Assembly: GCA_951406725.2 (NCBI GenBank)
Contig: OX597824.1
Span: 53,630,001 to 53,694,000, forward strand
DNA length: 64,000 bases
DNA from: Octopus vulgaris
Taxonomy: Eukaryota
Direction of reading: 5' to 3'
In this document: positions 62,213 through 64,000 of the stretch, piece after piece
How the letters are laid out: every line of letters starts with the position of its first letter
Numbering within the stretch: the stretch's first letter is position 1
Program-made: the position numbers and the translations under genes
Notes under the pieces: generated by a model
Told to the model about the DNA's origin: nothing
What the model saw: only the letters and a program-made list of their open reading frames with translations
Databases searched by the model: none

Positions 62213-64000
62213 CTAAGTTCCTAGTGATTGCGCTAGAATGGTTACTGAATTGGCTAATATACTTAAGATTGGTCGATGGTTTGTGGTATGGGAAGTACGA
62301 ATTATTGTGTAAGTTAAATGTAATATCTAAAAAGTTGGCTTTTGTTTCATCATCATTAGAAATGATGCCCAAGCCCATTCTATGGAAAAACTTAATTAAA
62401 CTATTCTTAACTTTTTGGTCAGAAACATTTTGAAGGTAAAGTAAACAATTATCACGATATAGACCTCCATTGATGCTTGGGAACTGTTCTGCCACTTCAA
62501 AAAGTTTATATATATACAGACTAAATCAGCTACTTGTGCTGAATCAGAACTTCCCATCGTGACATCAAAACCATCAGGTGTGTCTTTACAGACCCACATC
62601 TTATTGTCAAACTTTATGATAGATTTTCTGGTGACCAACACAACATTAATTTCTTCCTTGGTGAGACCAGCTTTGTTATGAACAAGCCAAAGTGCCTTAT
62701 TAAGTACTATTGTGTTGATGGAGGAATAAAAATTAGAAATGTCAAACTGGATAAACTTAGTACTTCTCTTAGTAGTAATAGAACTAAACCAGTCAACGAC
62801 TTGGAATGAGTTGGACCATAAACTAAGCTTTAATTTTTAAATTAATGTAGGAATATATTTATCTTGAATATTTTTACTAAGTACACCGATGTCAGAGCTA
62901 GGACAGGTAAGTCTTAAGGATGATTTATTAAAAAAATTATATTTATGATCTTTCAAAATAAAATTAGGTTGCTTAGGATCAAGTGGTTCTGTCTTCATCA
63001 TCTATAACTTAGAGATAAACGTGTACTCAAGGTTGGCTTTCTTGAGTACACTTTTATTGGTAATTCTATAGTTGTTTTTTTATTTCTTTTTTAAGCAGTT
63101 CCAAGTAGTAGTCCTTGTTAAGTTTGTACAGGTTTCACATTTTATTCAATTGAACCAGCATACTATCCATGGTATTAATTTCCTTGGTGATATTGTGAAG
63201 ATACCTCAGATGTTTATTCCTTAGCAGTGATCGGTGAAATTTTACATTTCACACAATGGACCCAAGATCATCTTCAAACTATTTCAATCTTGGGTTAGGT
63301 GGAGGATTATTTTTAGATTTAAACAATTTGTTAAATTCATAGGTTATATCATTAGTGAGTTGTTGAATGTCCTTCCTGTCGAAGAAAAAGGAGAGCCATC
63401 TGATATGGTTAATAAAGGAATTTGTCTTATTAACAAGTTGCTTAAGGAAAGCATTCTTTGGGGGAATGTGTATATCCTTAAGAGATGTGTTTGTATTAAA
63501 CTAGCAGAATAGCCCAGCGATGGTTGGGGCTGAATTGCTTGAAAGTACTGTTAATGATTGCACTGAATTATGATGATTATTCAGGCAAATATTGATATAA
63601 GTTTACGGCGAATGAATGAATTTGTAAGTGTATAGAAAGCCGTGTAAAGGGGTTCCTACCCCCTCGTAGAATGGTGTAAGAATTGAATGCGAGGTTGCTT
63701 TGAAAAGAGCCATGTTATTGTTCTCATAATTGTAAGAATTTGATAGTCGTGGAAGGCGGTGTAAAACGTTCACAGGTGAATAGGGTCTCTTCATTTTCCA
63801 CGAACGGCAGCGGATGTGCTGTTACAAAACTTCATGCTGTGTTAAAAGAGAATGGATGCCCTATGTAGGCAAGAGGGGAATGGAGCATGGGTAATTTATA
63901 AAATATAGAACAATAGCATCTACTCACCATATGTCAGACCAGCAAGACTGTAGTGGTGCTGAATAGATGAATCACAACACAGTGGTGGAGATGTTTTCAT

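Larger units (their letters stand above)
61050..63800 (-). mobile_element. Near-full-length decayed Penelope-like retroelement
   Basis: SLKDIHIP..FINHIRW, FDVTMGSSDSAQVADLV, GLYRDN, FLDITFNL..PYHKP, C-terminal CLLCNSE...INTVTE...CKH; many stops and frameshifts. Confidence 0.85.

Overview
AT-rich, microsatellite- and transposon-dense animal DNA; the SINE, RTE and Penelope repertoire suggests an octopod cephalopod (inference). The host gene is NEMF (Rqc2/Tae2 orthologue, ribosome quality control) on the minus strand. I traced coding exons 1-15 (58890 down to 2786, 1325 nt, all GT-AG and phase-consistent); the 3' exons lie beyond the left edge. The introns hold mariner/Tc1 copies, MITEs, a Helitron, RTE LINEs, Penelope-like elements with hammerhead motifs and many SINEs. 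The main novelty candidate is in intron 1, antisense to NEMF: a head-to-tail array of three ~1.9-kb intronless units (45.9-51.4 kb). Each encodes only a Tx1/L1-ORF1-like protein (RRM-like region, CCHC knuckle, K/E-rich linker, unrecognised C-terminal domain) with no RT. The units are joined by the same AAYAATT motif, and the two complete units share their 3' tail with a young SINE at 59.5 kb. This points to an ORF1-only, possibly site-specific retroposon and a SINE using the same unseen LINE. Also notable is a near-full-length RTE LINE with a twin-priming-type 5' inversion (8.1-11.3 kb).
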